A DNA stretch of 64,000 nt from an uncultured Pelagibacteraceae bacterium (GCA_902595815.1 CACJRL010000006.1:4612-68611), one strand, 5' to 3'; counted from the first letter of the stretch, positions 1-12,363 are shown. The notes: generated by a model from the sequence alone, not told the origin. Program-made: numbers and translations.

Positions 1-454
1 TCGTAAATTTTTTTAAATCACCATTATGTTGAGCGATTTCTTTAACAAACCTAGATGATATTATTTGATTTTCAACATCTGACATTAAAAAAATTGTCTC
101 AACTTGATTATTAAGTTTTCTATTCATTCCAGCAAGTTGGAATTCGTACTCAAAGTCAGAAACTGCTCTTAAGCCTCTTAAGATTATATTTGATTTATAT
201 TTTTTACAAAGGTCTGTTGTCAAAGTATTAAATTTTATAACATCAACCTTATTCTTTTTAAATTTCAGATCTTTATAAAGAGCCCTTTTAACAATTTCTA
301 TTCTTTCATCTAATGAAAATAGGAAGTTTTTCTGATTTCCATCTGAAATACCTACAATTACTTTATCTACTATCTTAAGTGATTTTTTAATTACATCTAT
401 ATGGCCAAAAGTAATTGGATCAAAAGTTCCTGGATAGATAGCTATATTTTTCAT
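1..454 (-). CDS. coaD: Phosphopantetheine adenylyltransferase (3' end runs off the window; not in the ORF track)
   Basis: Manual minus-strand translation from ATG at 454-452 gives [22 protein letters not shown], the CoaD N-terminal motif, and later RGLRAVSDFEYEFQLA. The ATG overlaps the gyrA stop (TAATG). Confidence 0.95.
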   Translation of the reverse strand, partial: MKNIAIYPGTFDPITFGHIDVIKKSLKIVDKVIVGISDGNQKNFLFSLDERIEIVKRALYKDLKFKKNKVDVIKFNTLTTDLCKKYKSNIILRGLRAVSDFEYEFQLAGMNRKLNNQVETIFLMSDVENQIISSRFVKEIAQHNGDLKKFT

Positions 455-3027
455 TAAATAAGATTATCATCTAATTTAATAGCAGAAACTACTTTTTCAT
501 CACCAGTCAGTTTAATTATTCTGACACCTTGCGTATTACGACCAGCTATTCTTATTTCTTTAACGGCTGTTCTTATTACTCTACCTTTATTTGTTGAAAT
601 TAATATTTGATCTCCTTCAAAAACAGGAAAGGATGAAGAAACATTCCCGTTTCTTTGTGAATTGACAATACCAATAATTCCCTTTCCTCCTCTATTTGTA
701 ACTCTATAATCATAATGAGATGTTCTCTTACCGTAACCATTTTCTGTGATTGATAATATGAATTTTTCTTTAGCTTTAATTTCTGATTTTTGGTCTTTAT
801 TTTTTGCTTTCTTATTTGAATCATGATCAATAATAGACAGAGATACAATAGTATCATTTTCTGCTAAATTGATACCTCTTATACCTTTTGATGATCTACC
901 TTTGAAAACTCTAAGTTTTTTAGACTCAAACCTTATGCATTTTCCTAATTTAGTACTTAAAATTATATCCTGATCATCTCTACAAATTTTAACACCAATA
1001 ATTTTATCGTTACCGTCAAGCTTCATTGCAATTTTACCTGAAGCATTAATTGAGGTAAAATCTTCAAGATTATTCTTTCTAATTTTTCCTTCACTTGTTG
1101 CAAAAATGATATGCATGTCTTTTGTATCAACATCACTATCTGGAAATGGCATAATTGAACTAATTGATTGATGATTTTTTAGAGGAAGAATATTAAATAA
1201 AGACTTTCCTTTAGATGCAGCTGATCCCTCTGGAATTTTCCAAGCTTTAACTTTGTATGCTAATCCTTCAGTAGAAAAAAATAGAACAGATGTGTGTGTA
1301 TTTACTGATAATGTTTGTACTACAGAATCTTCGTCTCTTGTCTTAATCCCTGTTTTACCCTTTCCGCCTCTTTTCTGTTGTTTAACATTACTTAAGGCAC
1401 CTCTTTTAATGTATCCTTGTAAAGTAATTGTAATTATTACAGATTCTTTTTGAATAGTTTCTTCAATATTATAGTTTAAAACTGCATCTATAATCTGCGT
1501 TCTTCTCGGAGATGAGAATTTCTCTTTAATTTGAGATAACTCATTACTTATTACTTTTAATAGTTCAGTTTTAGAATTTATTATTTTTTTATACTTTGTA
1601 ATCAATTCAGATAATTTTTTTATTTCTTCTTCAATTTCATTAATTCCAAGGGCAGTTAATTTTTGTAATCTAAGTTCTAATATTGATGCAACCTGAGTTT
1701 CAGATAAGTTGTAAGATCCTTTATAATTTTTACTATCAACTAATTTAATTAATTTTGCAGATTTTGTTATTTTCCATTTAGTTTTTATAAGAGTATTTTT
1801 TGCTTCTTCTGGATTTTTTGAAGATCTAATAATTTTTATTACTTTATCAATATTTTCTACACTAACAGATAATCCAAGTAAGACATGAACACGATCTTCG
1901 GCTTTTTTTAAATCATATTTGGTTTTTTTAATAACTACATCTTCTCTAAATTTTAAAAAGTTCTCTAAGAAATCTTTTAATGAACATGTTTTAGGTTTGT
2001 TATCAACAATTGCTAATGAATTAAAACCGAATGAAGTTTCGATGGATGTATATTTATAAAGTTGTCTTTTTATTGTCTCGGGCTCAACACTTCTTCTAAG
2101 ATCGATAGCAACTCTTATACCTTCTCTATTTGATTCATCTCTAATGTCACTTATACCCTCTATTTTTTTGTCTCTAACTAATTCTGCAATTTTTTCATTT
2201 AAATTAGATTTATTTACTTGATAAGGTATTGAAGTAATTACTAATCTATCTTTACCATTTTTAAGATTTTCTACATTTATTTCACCTCTAATTTTAAAAG
2301 AGCCTCTGCCTGTTTTGTATCCTTCTCGAATAATATCTTTACCAATAATCACTCCTCCTGTTGGAAAATCAGGGCCAGGTATATGCTTCATTAACTCTTT
2401 AACTTTAATATCTTTATTTTTTATAAGCGCTAAAGTTCCATCAATAATTTCACCAAGATTATGTGGTGGTATACTAGTTGCCATACCAACAGCGATACCT
2501 CCGGCTCCATTTACCAAAAGATTAGGATATTGAGCTGGCAGTACTGTGGGTTCTTGCTCAGTTTCATCATAGTTACTTTTAAATGAGACAGTATTTTTTT
2601 CTATATCATCAATCAAAAATTGAGATATTTTTGCAAGTTTTGTTTCTGTATACCTCATTGCTGCAGGTGGATCACCATCGATTGAACCAAAATTGCCCTG
2701 ACCATCAATTAAAGGAACGCTCATTGAAAAATCTTGAACCATTCTAACCAAGGCATCATACACAGCTTGATCACCATGCGGATGATATTTACCAATTACG
2801 TCTCCAACAATTCTTGCAGATTTTCTAAATTGTTTTGACCAATCAAAACCACCTTTGTGCATTGCATATAAAATTCTTCTGTGAACAGGTTTAAGTCCGT
2901 CTCTGATATCGGGTAATGCCCTACTAATTATTACGCTCATGGCGTAAGATAAATATGATGAACTCATTTCATCATACATTGAAATTGGTTTGATATTTAA
3001 ATCTTTAGTTACTTCGTTTTTTTGCAT
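454..3027 (-). CDS. gyrA: DNA gyrase subunit A
   Basis: [29 protein letters not shown] catalytic Tyr, GyrA box QKRGGKG, C-terminal pinwheel repeats. Confidence 0.98.
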   Translation of the reverse strand: MQKNEVTKDLNIKPISMYDEMSSSYLSYAMSVIISRALPDIRDGLKPVHRRILYAMHKGGFDWSKQFRKSARIVGDVIGKYHPHGDQAVYDALVRMVQDFSMSVPLIDGQGNFGSIDGDPPAAMRYTETKLAKISQFLIDDIEKNTVSFKSNYDETEQEPTVLPAQYPNLLVNGAGGIAVGMATSIPPHNLGEIIDGTLALIKNKDIKVKELMKHIPGPDFPTGGVIIGKDIIREGYKTGRGSFKIRGEINVENLKNGKDRLVITSIPYQVNKSNLNEKIAELVRDKKIEGISDIRDESNREGIRVAIDLRRSVEPETIKRQLYKYTSIETSFGFNSLAIVDNKPKTCSLKDFLENFLKFREDVVIKKTKYDLKKAEDRVHVLLGLSVSVENIDKVIKIIRSSKNPEEAKNTLIKTKWKITKSAKLIKLVDSKNYKGSYNLSETQVASILELRLQKLTALGINEIEEEIKKLSELITKYKKIINSKTELLKVISNELSQIKEKFSSPRRTQIIDAVLNYNIEETIQKESVIITITLQGYIKRGALSNVKQQKRGGKGKTGIKTRDEDSVVQTLSVNTHTSVLFFSTEGLAYKVKAWKIPEGSAASKGKSLFNILPLKNHQSISSIMPFPDSDVDTKDMHIIFATSEGKIRKNNLEDFTSINASGKIAMKLDGNDKIIGVKICRDDQDIILSTKLGKCIRFESKKLRVFKGRSSKGIRGINLAENDTIVSLSIIDHDSNKKAKNKDQKSEIKAKEKFILSITENGYGKRTSHYDYRVTNRGGKGIIGIVNSQRNGNVSSSFPVFEGDQILISTNKGRVIRTAVKEIRIAGRNTQGVRIIKLTGDEKVVSAIKLDDNLI

Positions 3028-3031
3028 TTAT

Positions 3032-3478
3032 TTAGAAAGGGATATCATCGTCTAGCTCGTTTTGAGCCATAGAACTATCATCAAAACTTTGTTTGTTATC
3101 TTGAGATAGAATTGAATTTTGATTTCCCCCACCTAACATTGTTAATGATGAATTGTATCCTTGAATTAAAATTTCAGTAGAATATTTATCCTGACCTGAT
3201 TGTTCATCTTTCCATTTTCTAGTAGTCAGCTGTCCTTCAACGTATACTTGTGCTCCTTTTTTTAAATATTGTTGAACTACATTTACTAGTCCTTCATTGA
3301 AAACAACTACTCTATGCCATTCTGTTTTTTCCTTTTTTTCACCGGTATTTTTATCTTTCCATGATTGACTAGTAGCTAGGCTTAATCTTGCTACACTTTT
3401 ACCGTTAACCATTTGTTTAACTTCTGGATCTGCGCCTAATCGACCGATTAAAAGTACTTTATTTAAGCTTCCTGCCAT
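3032..3478 (-). CDS. ssb: Single-stranded DNA-binding protein
   Basis: [22 protein letters not shown]-terminal DDDIPF. Confidence 0.98.
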   Translation of the reverse strand: MAGSLNKVLLIGRLGADPEVKQMVNGKSVARLSLATSQSWKDKNTGEKKEKTEWHRVVVFNEGLVNVVQQYLKKGAQVYVEGQLTTRKWKDEQSGQDKYSTEILIQGYNSSLTMLGGGNQNSILSQDNKQSFDDSSMAQNELDDDIPF

Positions 3479-3558
3479 AATATTTATATATTTGAAATGT
3501 TATTTATAACATTAATAGGCTTGAATATTAATTTTATTAATCTAAAGCAACTAAAATT

Positions 3559-6435
3559 ATGCTTAAAAAGATACTTATTAAGGGCGCAAAAGAGCACAAT
3601 TTAAAGAATATTTCACTAGAGATTCCAAAAGACAAATTTGTTGTAATAACAGGTCTATCTGGGTCTGGAAAATCATCATTAGCATTCGATACTGTCTATG
3701 CAGAAGGTCAAAGACGATATGTTGAAAGTTTATCTGCATATGCAAGACAGTTTTTAGACAAAATGAAAAAACCAAATGTAGATTTAATCGAAGGTTTGAG
3801 TCCAGCAATCTCCATAGAACAAAAAAATACCTCTAAAAATCCAAGATCAACAGTTGCAACTGTAACCGAAATATACGATTACATGAGAGTACTTTATGCA
3901 AGAGCTGGAATACCCTACTCTCCATTCACTGGTAAACCAATTACTTCACAAACTATTAGTCAAATTGTTGATAAGATTAAAGAATTACCAAAAAAATCTA
4001 CAATATATTTATATGCTCCAGTCGTACGGGGACGTAAGGGTGAATATAAAAAAGATATATTAGGATACAAAAAAAGAGGATTTAGAAAAATCAAAGTTGA
4101 TGACCAATTGTATGATATTGAAAGTGTTCCAGAATTAAATAAAAAACTTAAACACGATATTTCAATCTTAGTTGATAGAATTGTAATAAATTCATCATTA
4201 GGAAATAGACTTGCTGAAAGTGTTGAAACAGCTGTTAATTTAGCAAATGGTTTGCTTTTTGTTGAATATGAAAATGAAACACTTCCAAAAAAATACAGAA
4301 AAATTGAAAAATTAATTTTTTCAACTAAATTTGCTTGTCCTGAAAGTGGTTTTACTATTGAAGAAATTGAACCAAGACTTTTCTCATTCAACAGTCCGTA
4401 TGGAGCTTGTGAAGAATGTGAAGGTATTGGGATGAAATTAAATGTTGATCCAAATTTAGTTGTTCCAAATGAAAAAAAATCTATCGCAGATGGTGCTATT
4501 GAACCTTGGGCAAAATCTACATCAATGTATTACGCCCAAACATTGGTATCTTTATCTAAACATTATGGTTTTTCATTAGATGATAAATGGTCAAAACTAC
4601 CAAAAAAAATTAAGGATGTAATTTTGTATGGATCTGATGATGAAGAAATTAAATTTACTTATGACGATGGCTATGAGAAGTATTCGCATAAAAAAACCTT
4701 TGAAGGTGTTGTCAATAATCTAGAGAGAAGATATTTAGAAACAGATAGCGATTGGAAAAGAGAAGAAATTGCTCAATATCAATCTGATACAAAATGTGAA
4801 AGATGCAATGGTTATCGATTAAAAGATGAAGCTCTGTGTGTTAAAATAAATGAATTAAACATAAGCCAAGTTACAGAAAAATCAATTTTTGATGCTAAGG
4901 AATGGTTTAGATCTTTAGAAGTTAAATTAGACAAAAGACAAATTAAAATTGCTCAACATATATTAAAAGAAATTAATGAACGTTTAGATTTTCTTTTAAA
5001 TGTTGGTCTTGATTATTTAACTTTATCTAGAGAGTCTGGAACATTATCTGGTGGTGAAGCACAAAGGATTAGGCTAGCATCACAAATAGGATCAGGTTTA
5101 ACTGGAGTTCTATACGTTTTAGATGAACCATCAATTGGTTTACATCAAAAAGATAATGTTAAGCTTATAGATGCATTAAAAAGATTAAGAGACTTAGGTA
5201 ATACTGTTATTGTTGTTGAGCACGATACAGAAACAATGGAGAATGCAGATCATATAATAGATTTAGGACCTGAAGCTGGAAATAAAGGTGGAGAAATTGT
5301 TGCTGAAGGTACATATGAGCAAATTTTAAAAAATGATAAAAGTATTACTGGAAGATATTTATCAAATAAGAGTTTCATACCTATTCCAAAAAATAGAAGA
5401 CTTGCAAAAAATGGTAGATTTTTAGAAATCAATGGTGCATCTGGAAATAATTTAAATAACGTAAATTTAAAAATACCTTTAGGTAGTTTCACTTGTGTTA
5501 CTGGTGTATCTGGAAGTGGTAAATCTACTTTGATACTTCAAACTTTATACAATGCATTAAATCTTACTTTGAATAATAATAAGTCTAGAAAAATTCCTCA
5601 GCCTTTTAGAGGATTTAAAGGAATAGAATTAATTGATAAAGTTATAGATATTGATCAATCACCTATTGGTAGAACTCCTAGATCAAATCCTGCTACATAT
5701 ACTGGAGCTTTTGGTCCTATAAGAGACTGGTTTACCAATTTACCTGAAGCAAAAAGTAGAGGCTATAAACCTGGAAGATTTTCTTTCAATGTAAAGGGTG
5801 GAAGATGTGAAGCATGTGAAGGAGATGGTGTAATTACTTACGAAATGCACTTTCTTCCTGATGTTTACATAACATGCGATGAATGCAAAGGCACTAGATA
5901 CAACAGAGAAACATTAGAGATTAAATTCAAAGATAAGAGTATTGCAGATGTTTTAAATATGACTGTTGATGAAGGATGTGAGTATTTTGAAAATATTTCA
6001 AACATCAAAACTAAACTTCTAACGTTAAAGAAAGTGGGTCTTGGCTACATAAAAATTGGTCAGCAAGCTACAACCCTTTCTGGTGGAGAGGCTCAGCGTA
6101 TAAAGCTTGCTAAAGAATTATCTAAAAGATCTACAGGAAGAACAATGTATATATTAGATGAACCAACTACTGGATTGCATCAACATGATATAAAAAAACT
6201 TTTGGAAATTTTACACACATTTGTTGCAACGGGTAATTCAGTTGTAGTTATTGAGCATAATTTAGATGTTATTAAAACTGCCGATTATATTGTAGATATG
6301 GGACCCGAGGGCGGTGTTAAAGGTGGAAATATTATTGCTGAAGGCAAACCCGAGGAAGTTGCAAAAGTGAAAGATAGCTATACAGGCAAATTTTTAAAGC
6401 CTTTATTAGATACAAAATTTAAAAAAACCGCTTAA
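3559..6435 (+). CDS. uvrA: Excinuclease ABC subunit A
   Basis: GAKEHNLKN, two Walker A motifs ([16 protein letters not shown]), two LSGGEAQR signatures, zinc fingers. Confidence 0.99.
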   Translation: MLKKILIKGAKEHNLKNISLEIPKDKFVVITGLSGSGKSSLAFDTVYAEGQRRYVESLSAYARQFLDKMKKPNVDLIEGLSPAISIEQKNTSKNPRSTVATVTEIYDYMRVLYARAGIPYSPFTGKPITSQTISQIVDKIKELPKKSTIYLYAPVVRGRKGEYKKDILGYKKRGFRKIKVDDQLYDIESVPELNKKLKHDISILVDRIVINSSLGNRLAESVETAVNLANGLLFVEYENETLPKKYRKIEKLIFSTKFACPESGFTIEEIEPRLFSFNSPYGACEECEGIGMKLNVDPNLVVPNEKKSIADGAIEPWAKSTSMYYAQTLVSLSKHYGFSLDDKWSKLPKKIKDVILYGSDDEEIKFTYDDGYEKYSHKKTFEGVVNNLERRYLETDSDWKREEIAQYQSDTKCERCNGYRLKDEALCVKINELNISQVTEKSIFDAKEWFRSLEVKLDKRQIKIAQHILKEINERLDFLLNVGLDYLTLSRESGTLSGGEAQRIRLASQIGSGLTGVLYVLDEPSIGLHQKDNVKLIDALKRLRDLGNTVIVVEHDTETMENADHIIDLGPEAGNKGGEIVAEGTYEQILKNDKSITGRYLSNKSFIPIPKNRRLAKNGRFLEINGASGNNLNNVNLKIPLGSFTCVTGVSGSGKSTLILQTLYNALNLTLNNNKSRKIPQPFRGFKGIELIDKVIDIDQSPIGRTPRSNPATYTGAFGPIRDWFTNLPEAKSRGYKPGRFSFNVKGGRCEACEGDGVITYEMHFLPDVYITCDECKGTRYNRETLEIKFKDKSIADVLNMTVDEGCEYFENISNIKTKLLTLKKVGLGYIKIGQQATTLSGGEAQRIKLAKELSKRSTGRTMYILDEPTTGLHQHDIKKLLEILHTFVATGNSVVVIEHNLDVIKTADYIVDMGPEGGVKGGNIIAEGKPEEVAKVKDSYTGKFLKPLLDTKFKKTA

Positions 6436-6470
6436 TCTTTATAGAAAAATAATATAAAATCATTCTATAG

Positions 6471-7073
6471 ATGACTTCGATATTACAATCATTATCAAAG
6501 ACTGTTCATTTATCATTGGCTATTGCAATATTACTATTCATTGGTCTTTACATAGGTAATGGTGGATTTGATTTTGATGTTTTATTTTGGAGCTGGTTAT
6601 TAAGATACGTACATGTAACTGTAAGTATTATGTGGATTGGTTTACTGTGGTATTTCAATTTTGTTCAAATTCCTAACATGGCTAAAATTCCAGACGAACA
6701 AAAACCAGCAATAGGCAAAGTTATAGCTCCTGCAGCATTATTTTGGTTTAGATGGGCAGCGCTATTTACAATCATATCAGGATTATTATTAGCCTATTTT
6801 AATGGATACGTTCATCAAGCGATGACATTAGGAATTGGATCTGGCGGTGGAAAAAATACTGCAATAGGAATTGGAATGTGGTTAGGATTAATAATGGCAT
6901 TCAATGTTTGGTTTGTTATCTGGCCAAATCAAAAAAGAGCTTTAGGTATGGTTGAGTGTGAACCTGAAGTTAAAGCTAAGTCAGCAAAGACTGCAATGCT
7001 GTTTTCTAGAACAAACACACTTTTATCATTACCAATGTTGTTAACAATGGTAGCGGCACAAAACCTTTATTAA
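6471..7073 (+). CDS. PuuD (urate hydroxylase)-like integral membrane protein
   Basis: RYVHV..IMWIGLLWYFNFVQ, WFRWAA, FNVWFVIWPNQK and SRTNT motifs resemble the PuuD membrane domain; no CxxCH. Confidence 0.7.
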   Translation: MTSILQSLSKTVHLSLAIAILLFIGLYIGNGGFDFDVLFWSWLLRYVHVTVSIMWIGLLWYFNFVQIPNMAKIPDEQKPAIGKVIAPAALFWFRWAALFTIISGLLLAYFNGYVHQAMTLGIGSGGGKNTAIGIGMWLGLIMAFNVWFVIWPNQKRALGMVECEPEVKAKSAKTAMLFSRTNTLLSLPMLLTMVAAQNLY

Positions 7074-7967
7074 TTATTCTTTTTCTTCCTTAACAATCGT
7101 TCTTTGGCTAACTTTTAAAGAAACCAACACTGGGTTTGCAATATAAATAGATGAATAAGTTCCAAAAACTACTCCTAATATCATTGCTAACGAAAATCCT
7201 TTTAATATTTCTCCACCAAAAATAAATATAGATAAAAGTGCCAACAATGTAGTAACCGAAGTTATTATTGTTCGTGATAAAGTTTCATTTATTGAGATAT
7301 TTGTAAGTTCAAATATTTTAACATCTGCATATTTACGCAAATTTTCTCTAACTCTATCAAATATTACAACTGTATCATTCATTGAATATCCAACTATTGT
7401 TAAAACAGCTGCAACGATAGAAAGATTGATTTCTAATGAAAATACAGAAAATACTCCTAATGTAATTATAACGTCATGAAATAAAGCTAAAATAGCTCCA
7501 AGACTAAATTGCCACTCAAATCTGATCCATATATATAAAAGCATAGCCGCCAAAGATAAAGCTATCGCTATTACACCTGATCTCAAAAGTTCTGCACTAA
7601 CTTTTGGCCCAACATTTTCTACTCTTCTAAAATCAACTGTACCTATAGAATTTGATAGCTTAGTTTTTATCTCTTCTATAAATTGTGGGTCATTTGAATT
7701 TTGTTTTTCAAATTTAACTACAAAATCTGTTTCATTACCAAAATTTTTCACTGAAACATCACCAAGATTCATTTGATTAAAACTATCTCTTATTTTTGTG
7801 ATATTAGCAGAAGATTTGTCAGTCCTTAGCTCTATTAAAGTACCCCCTTTAAAATCAACACCAAAATTCAATCCTTTAAAAACTAAAAAAACTAAGGAAG
7901 CAATGATTAATATACCTGAAAGTATATTAAAACTTTTATAAAACTTATTAAAATAGATTGTTTTCAT
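7074..7967 (-). CDS. secF: Protein translocase subunit SecF
   Basis: GVDFKGG, VGPKVSAEL, GYSMNDTVVIFDRVREN. Confidence 0.97.
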   Translation of the reverse strand: MKTIYFNKFYKSFNILSGILIIASLVFLVFKGLNFGVDFKGGTLIELRTDKSSANITKIRDSFNQMNLGDVSVKNFGNETDFVVKFEKQNSNDPQFIEEIKTKLSNSIGTVDFRRVENVGPKVSAELLRSGVIAIALSLAAMLLYIWIRFEWQFSLGAILALFHDVIITLGVFSVFSLEINLSIVAAVLTIVGYSMNDTVVIFDRVRENLRKYADVKIFELTNISINETLSRTIITSVTTLLALLSIFIFGGEILKGFSLAMILGVVFGTYSSIYIANPVLVSLKVSQRTIVKEEKE

Positions 7968-9520
7968 TATATAAGTTTTTCCTTATGTTTATTTTTGATG
8001 ACATAGTAAGCAGTAATCAAACGGGCAATGAAATATACTGAAAATAGTGTTGTAAGTATTCCAACTCCAAGTGTTATAGAAAATCCTTTAATTGGACCTG
8101 AGCCCATGAAAAATAGGATTACTGCAGCGATTAAAGTTGTAATATTGGCATCTAAAATTGTTGTTCGTGATTTTGTATACCCAGAATCAAAAGCTACAAT
8201 TGAATTATTTTCATTTTTTAATTCTTCTTTAATTCTCTCAAAAATTAAAACATTTGCATCAACAGCCATACCTACTGTTAAAATAATACCTGCAATTCCA
8301 GGGAGTGTAAGAGTTGCTTCAAATAATGTTAAAATTCCGACTAATAAAAATAAATTAGAAATTAAGGCTAAGTTAGCAATTAAGCCGAAAAATCTATATT
8401 TATAAAACATAAAGGCAACGACTAAGATAAATCCTATTATCAATGACATAATTCCTGCATTAATTGAATCTTTTCCAAGGTCGGGACCTACAGTTCTTTC
8501 TTCAATAATATTAAGTGGAGCCGGCAAAGCACCTGATCTTAATAGTAAAGCTAAATCTGTAGCTGATTGAAAGGTGAAATTACCGGATATCTGTCCATTT
8601 CCTCCAATAATTGGTTCTCTGACTTCAGGAGCGCTAATAATTTTTCCATCCAAAACAATTGCCAACCTTTTTCCAACACCATTTGAAGTCGCCTTACCAA
8701 ACTTTTTTGCTCCTACCCTATCCAAACTAAATGAAACAACTGTCTCATTAGTTTGATTATTCATAGTTGGCTTTGCATCCATAAGATTATCACCACTTAA
8801 AACAATTCGTTTACTAACAATGGCTTCACTAGAGCCATCCTCAAAAGAAAGTTTTTCTGTTCCAAATGATTCTTCAGAACTACTGGATATAAATTGGAAT
8901 GTTAAGTTTGCTGTTTTACCTAATAAAGATTTAATTCTACCAGGATCATCTAATCCTGGCAACTCAACAAGAATTCTATCATTACCTCTTTTTAAAATAT
9001 TTGGCTCATTAGTTCCCACTTCATCAACTCTTCTTCTTACAATTTCAATTGCTTGATCTAATGAGGAATTTTTTAACAATACTAATCCATAGTCAGAAAA
9101 TTCTAACTTGAATGAGGTATCCATGTTTTCAAAGTTAAATTGATGGGATTTATATTGTTGAAAATAAGGATTTATCTCACTTTTATCATCATCTAAAAGA
9201 GATTTAACATCCTCAATCTTAGAATTTTCAACATCGAATATAATTGACTTATCCTCAATTACAAAATTTCTAACCTTAATATCTTTATCTTTGAAAAATT
9301 TTTTAAACTCTAATACTTTACTTTGCAATCTTTGAGTAATGACTGGTCCGTTATCTATCTCTAACAATAAATAAGAGCCACCTTGTAAATCTAATCCTAA
9401 TTTTATATTTTTTGAGAAAAATTCATCATCAACTTTTGTAAAGTTGGAAATAGTAAAATATGAAATAACAAGTGTAAAAATTAAAACACTAAAAACTCTT
9501 AATTTAGAAAAATATAACAC
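7967..9520 (-). CDS. secD: Protein translocase subunit SecD (GTG start)
   Basis: LGLDLQGG, RILVELPG, GMAVDANVLIFERIKEE. Confidence 0.97.
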   Translation of the reverse strand: MLYFSKLRVFSVLIFTLVISYFTISNFTKVDDEFFSKNIKLGLDLQGGSYLLLEIDNGPVITQRLQSKVLEFKKFFKDKDIKVRNFVIEDKSIIFDVENSKIEDVKSLLDDDKSEINPYFQQYKSHQFNFENMDTSFKLEFSDYGLVLLKNSSLDQAIEIVRRRVDEVGTNEPNILKRGNDRILVELPGLDDPGRIKSLLGKTANLTFQFISSSSEESFGTEKLSFEDGSSEAIVSKRIVLSGDNLMDAKPTMNNQTNETVVSFSLDRVGAKKFGKATSNGVGKRLAIVLDGKIISAPEVREPIIGGNGQISGNFTFQSATDLALLLRSGALPAPLNIIEERTVGPDLGKDSINAGIMSLIIGFILVVAFMFYKYRFFGLIANLALISNLFLLVGILTLFEATLTLPGIAGIILTVGMAVDANVLIFERIKEELKNENNSIVAFDSGYTKSRTTILDANITTLIAAVILFFMGSGPIKGFSITLGVGILTTLFSVYFIARLITAYYVIKNKHKEKLI

Positions 9521-9532
9521 TTTAGGAAGTTA

Positions 9533-9817
9533 TTATTTTTTTGGTTCAGCTTTAGTAACTAATCCTTGTATTCCTGTAGCTCGAACAATTTCAACTTTAA
9601 CATTATCAGCTATCATAACTTCTACTTTTTCATTATCGATAACTCGTTCTACAGTGCCAACGATACCACCAGAAGTAATAACTTTATCTCCACGCTTTAA
9701 AGCTTCAACCATAGCCTTATGTTCTTTAACTTTCTTTTGCTGGGGTCTAATTAAGAAAAAGTAAAATATTACGAATATTAAAATTAGGGGTATAAATTGT
9801 CCAATTCCTGCGTCCAT
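9533..9817 (-). CDS. yajC: Preprotein translocase subunit YajC
   Basis: FYFFLIRPQQKK, LKRGDKVITSGGIVG; upstream of secD. Confidence 0.97.
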   Translation of the reverse strand: MDAGIGQFIPLILIFVIFYFFLIRPQQKKVKEHKAMVEALKRGDKVITSGGIVGTVERVIDNEKVEVMIADNVKVEIVRATGIQGLVTKAEPKK

Positions 9818-9874
9818 GTAAAGTCCTTAAAAAGTTAACGATTATTTATACTATATACTTTTAGAAGACAACTC

Positions 9875-11134
9875 TTAATTGATACCTATTTTCTCCATAT
9901 TGTTCATATATGGTCTTAGTTTTTCAGGAATAGTTATTGAACCATCCTCAGTTTGATAATTTTCTAATATCGCAATTAAAGTTCTACCAACGGCAAGTCC
10001 GCTCCCATTTAATGTACCAACAAATTCATTTTCGTTATTATTATTTTTATATCTAGCTTTCATTCTTTTAGCCTGAAATGTTCCACATGAAGAACAGCTT
10101 GATATTTCTCTATATTTATTTTCAGAAGGAAGCCAAACCTCTATGTCATAAGTTTTTTCTGCACTAAAACCCATATCGCCAGTGCTTAAAATAATTTTTC
10201 TGTAAGGTAATTGTAAATCATCTAAAATTTTAGTTGCACAATTAGTCATTCTCTCGAGTTCTTCAATGCATTTATTATTTTCTACAATACTGACTAATTC
10301 AACTTTATAAAATTGATGTTGTCTAATCATACCCTTTGTATCTTTACCATAACTTCCTGCTTCTTTTCTAAAACAAGGTGTTGATGCAACTAATCTCATT
10401 GGCAAAGATTTTAGATTTAATATCTGATTTTTAACCATATTAGTTAAGATCACTTCAGCAGTAGGGATTAAAAACTTTCTATCATTTTTATCATCAAACT
10501 TAATTTCGAATTGATCATTTTCAAATTTGGGCAATTGGCCAGTTCCAAACATAGTGTTGTCTGTAGCCATTAAAGGTGGAGAGATTTCAGTGTAGCCATT
10601 ATTATTGACATGTGTATCAATCATAAAATTAGAAATTGCTCTTTCTAATGATGCTAATTTGTCTTTAACAAAAACAAATCTTGATCCAGTTGTTTTTGTT
10701 GCTAAATCAAAATCTAACATATTCAGTTTTTCACCAATTTCATAATGAGATTTTGGTTTAAAACTCATTTCTTTAATTTCACCAGATTTTACAACCTCTT
10801 TATTGCTATTTTCATCCTTGCCGACAGGAACATCATTCAATGGTAAATTAGGAATATTACTTAATATCTGATCAAGTTGGTCTTTAACACTTTTTTGATT
10901 TTTACTTAAATCATCTATTTTATTTGAAATTTCTTTAGACTTTTCAAAAAGGGTTTCATCTTTAGATTTAGAAATAGATTTTTTTTCCATTTCTAATCTT
11001 TCTTTTTCTTGAATTAATTTTCTATTTTCTTCATCGAGATTTAGTATTTGATCAAAGTCTACATCAACGTTTCGATTTTTAATTGTATTTTTAAAATTAT
11101 CGATATCTTTTCTAATATCCTTAATATTGTGCAT
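9875..11134 (-). CDS. serS: Serine--tRNA ligase
   Basis: GTGQLPKF, LIPTAEV, FRKEAGS, RQHQF, EISSCS, LNGSGLAVGR. Confidence 0.98.
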   Translation of the reverse strand: MHNIKDIRKDIDNFKNTIKNRNVDVDFDQILNLDEENRKLIQEKERLEMEKKSISKSKDETLFEKSKEISNKIDDLSKNQKSVKDQLDQILSNIPNLPLNDVPVGKDENSNKEVVKSGEIKEMSFKPKSHYEIGEKLNMLDFDLATKTTGSRFVFVKDKLASLERAISNFMIDTHVNNNGYTEISPPLMATDNTMFGTGQLPKFENDQFEIKFDDKNDRKFLIPTAEVILTNMVKNQILNLKSLPMRLVASTPCFRKEAGSYGKDTKGMIRQHQFYKVELVSIVENNKCIEELERMTNCATKILDDLQLPYRKIILSTGDMGFSAEKTYDIEVWLPSENKYREISSCSSCGTFQAKRMKARYKNNNNENEFVGTLNGSGLAVGRTLIAILENYQTEDGSITIPEKLRPYMNNMEKIGIN

Positions 11135-11894
11135 TTCTCTCTTGAGCTTTCTTTTCGATAATATTTACAGAAAAAATTGATAATTCATATAAAATTAACA
11201 AAGGTATTGCTAAACCTATTTGTGTAATTGGATCTGGTGGAGTTAATATTGCAGCAGCAGCAAATATTATTACAACAAAATATTTTCTTCTTTCTCTTAA
11301 ATAAGTTGAATTTACAACTCCTATTCTTGCAAGTAAACTTAATACAACTGGTAGCTGAAAACTTAATCCAAATGCAAAAATTAACTTCATCACAAGAGAT
11401 AAGTATTCATTAACTTTAGCTTCTAATTGAATCGGTAAGCTAGTCCCAAGTCCCGCACTTTCAAATGATAAAAAGAATTTAAATGCTAGTGGCATAATTA
11501 GATAATAAACAAGCATACCTCCTAGTAAAAAAAGTATTGGTGTAATTACTAAGTAAGGCATAATTGCTTTCTTTTCATGGGTGTATAATCCTGGTGCAAT
11601 AAATTTCCAAATTTGAATAAGGATATATGGACTGGTCACAAAGAAAGCAGCAAAAAAAGAAACTTTAAGATATGTTAAAAATGTTTCTTGAAGAGCGGTA
11701 AAGATTAATCTTCTATCGACATTATCATCTTTTACAGCATTGGCATAAGGTTCAACTAAAAATCCATATATGTATTCAGAAAAATAGTAACAAACTACAA
11801 ATAATACTGCTAAGAAGATAAATGAATGTATTAGTCTTTGTCTTAATTCGGTAAGATGACTTATAAAACCTGTTTCTTTTTTTTTAGCTGTCAT
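11121..11894 (-). CDS. tatC: Twin-arginine translocase subunit TatC
   Basis: HLTELRQRL, WKFIAPGLY, FQLPV, LTPPDP. Confidence 0.97.
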   Translation of the reverse strand: MTAKKKETGFISHLTELRQRLIHSFIFLAVLFVVCYYFSEYIYGFLVEPYANAVKDDNVDRRLIFTALQETFLTYLKVSFFAAFFVTSPYILIQIWKFIAPGLYTHEKKAIMPYLVITPILFLLGGMLVYYLIMPLAFKFFLSFESAGLGTSLPIQLEAKVNEYLSLVMKLIFAFGLSFQLPVVLSLLARIGVVNSTYLRERRKYFVVIIFAAAAILTPPDPITQIGLAIPLLILYELSIFSVNIIEKKAQERNAQY

Positions 11895-12120
11895 CTTTAG
11901 GTTTATCCTCTTTCATGATTTCAGTGTTTTTTTTTAATTCTTCTTTAATTGAAACATCTGTTATTTCTGTAACTTGATTTTGAACATCTGAAAAATATCT
12001 CTTAGCAGAACCTATCCATGATCCAACTTTTTTTAACATTACAGGAAAGTCTTTTGGTCCTACAACTATTATTGCAATAGATACTATTATTAATATTTCA
12101 AACCAGCCGATCTGTGGCAT
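11884..12120 (-). CDS. tatB: Twin-arginine translocase subunit TatB (short)
   Basis: IGWFEIL..VVGPKDFP; lies between tatA and tatC. Confidence 0.92.
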   Translation of the reverse strand: MPQIGWFEILIIVSIAIIVVGPKDFPVMLKKVGSWIGSAKRYFSDVQNQVTEITDVSIKEELKKNTEIMKEDKPKDDS

Positions 12121-12123
12121 TGA

Positions 12124-12321
12124 TTACTCTTTTTTGTCTGAGTCTTGATTTTCAGATATATTTTTTGGTTGGCTATCTTCTGTAGCATCTGTAGCCATAC
12201 CTTTTTTAAAACTTTTAATTCCTTTAGCAACATCACCCATAAGACTAGAGATTTTACCTCTACCAAAAAGTAATACTACTAAAATTACTACAATTGCAAT
12301 TTGCCAAAATCCTATACTCAT
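12124..12321 (-). CDS. tatA: Twin-arginine translocase subunit TatA
   Basis: [26 protein letters not shown]. Confidence 0.96.
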   Translation of the reverse strand: MSIGFWQIAIVVILVVLLFGRGKISSLMGDVAKGIKSFKKGMATDATEDSQPKNISENQDSDKKE

Positions 12322-12363
12322 AATTACTTATAACCTTATAATTTTAGTTTTAAAACTATTTTT

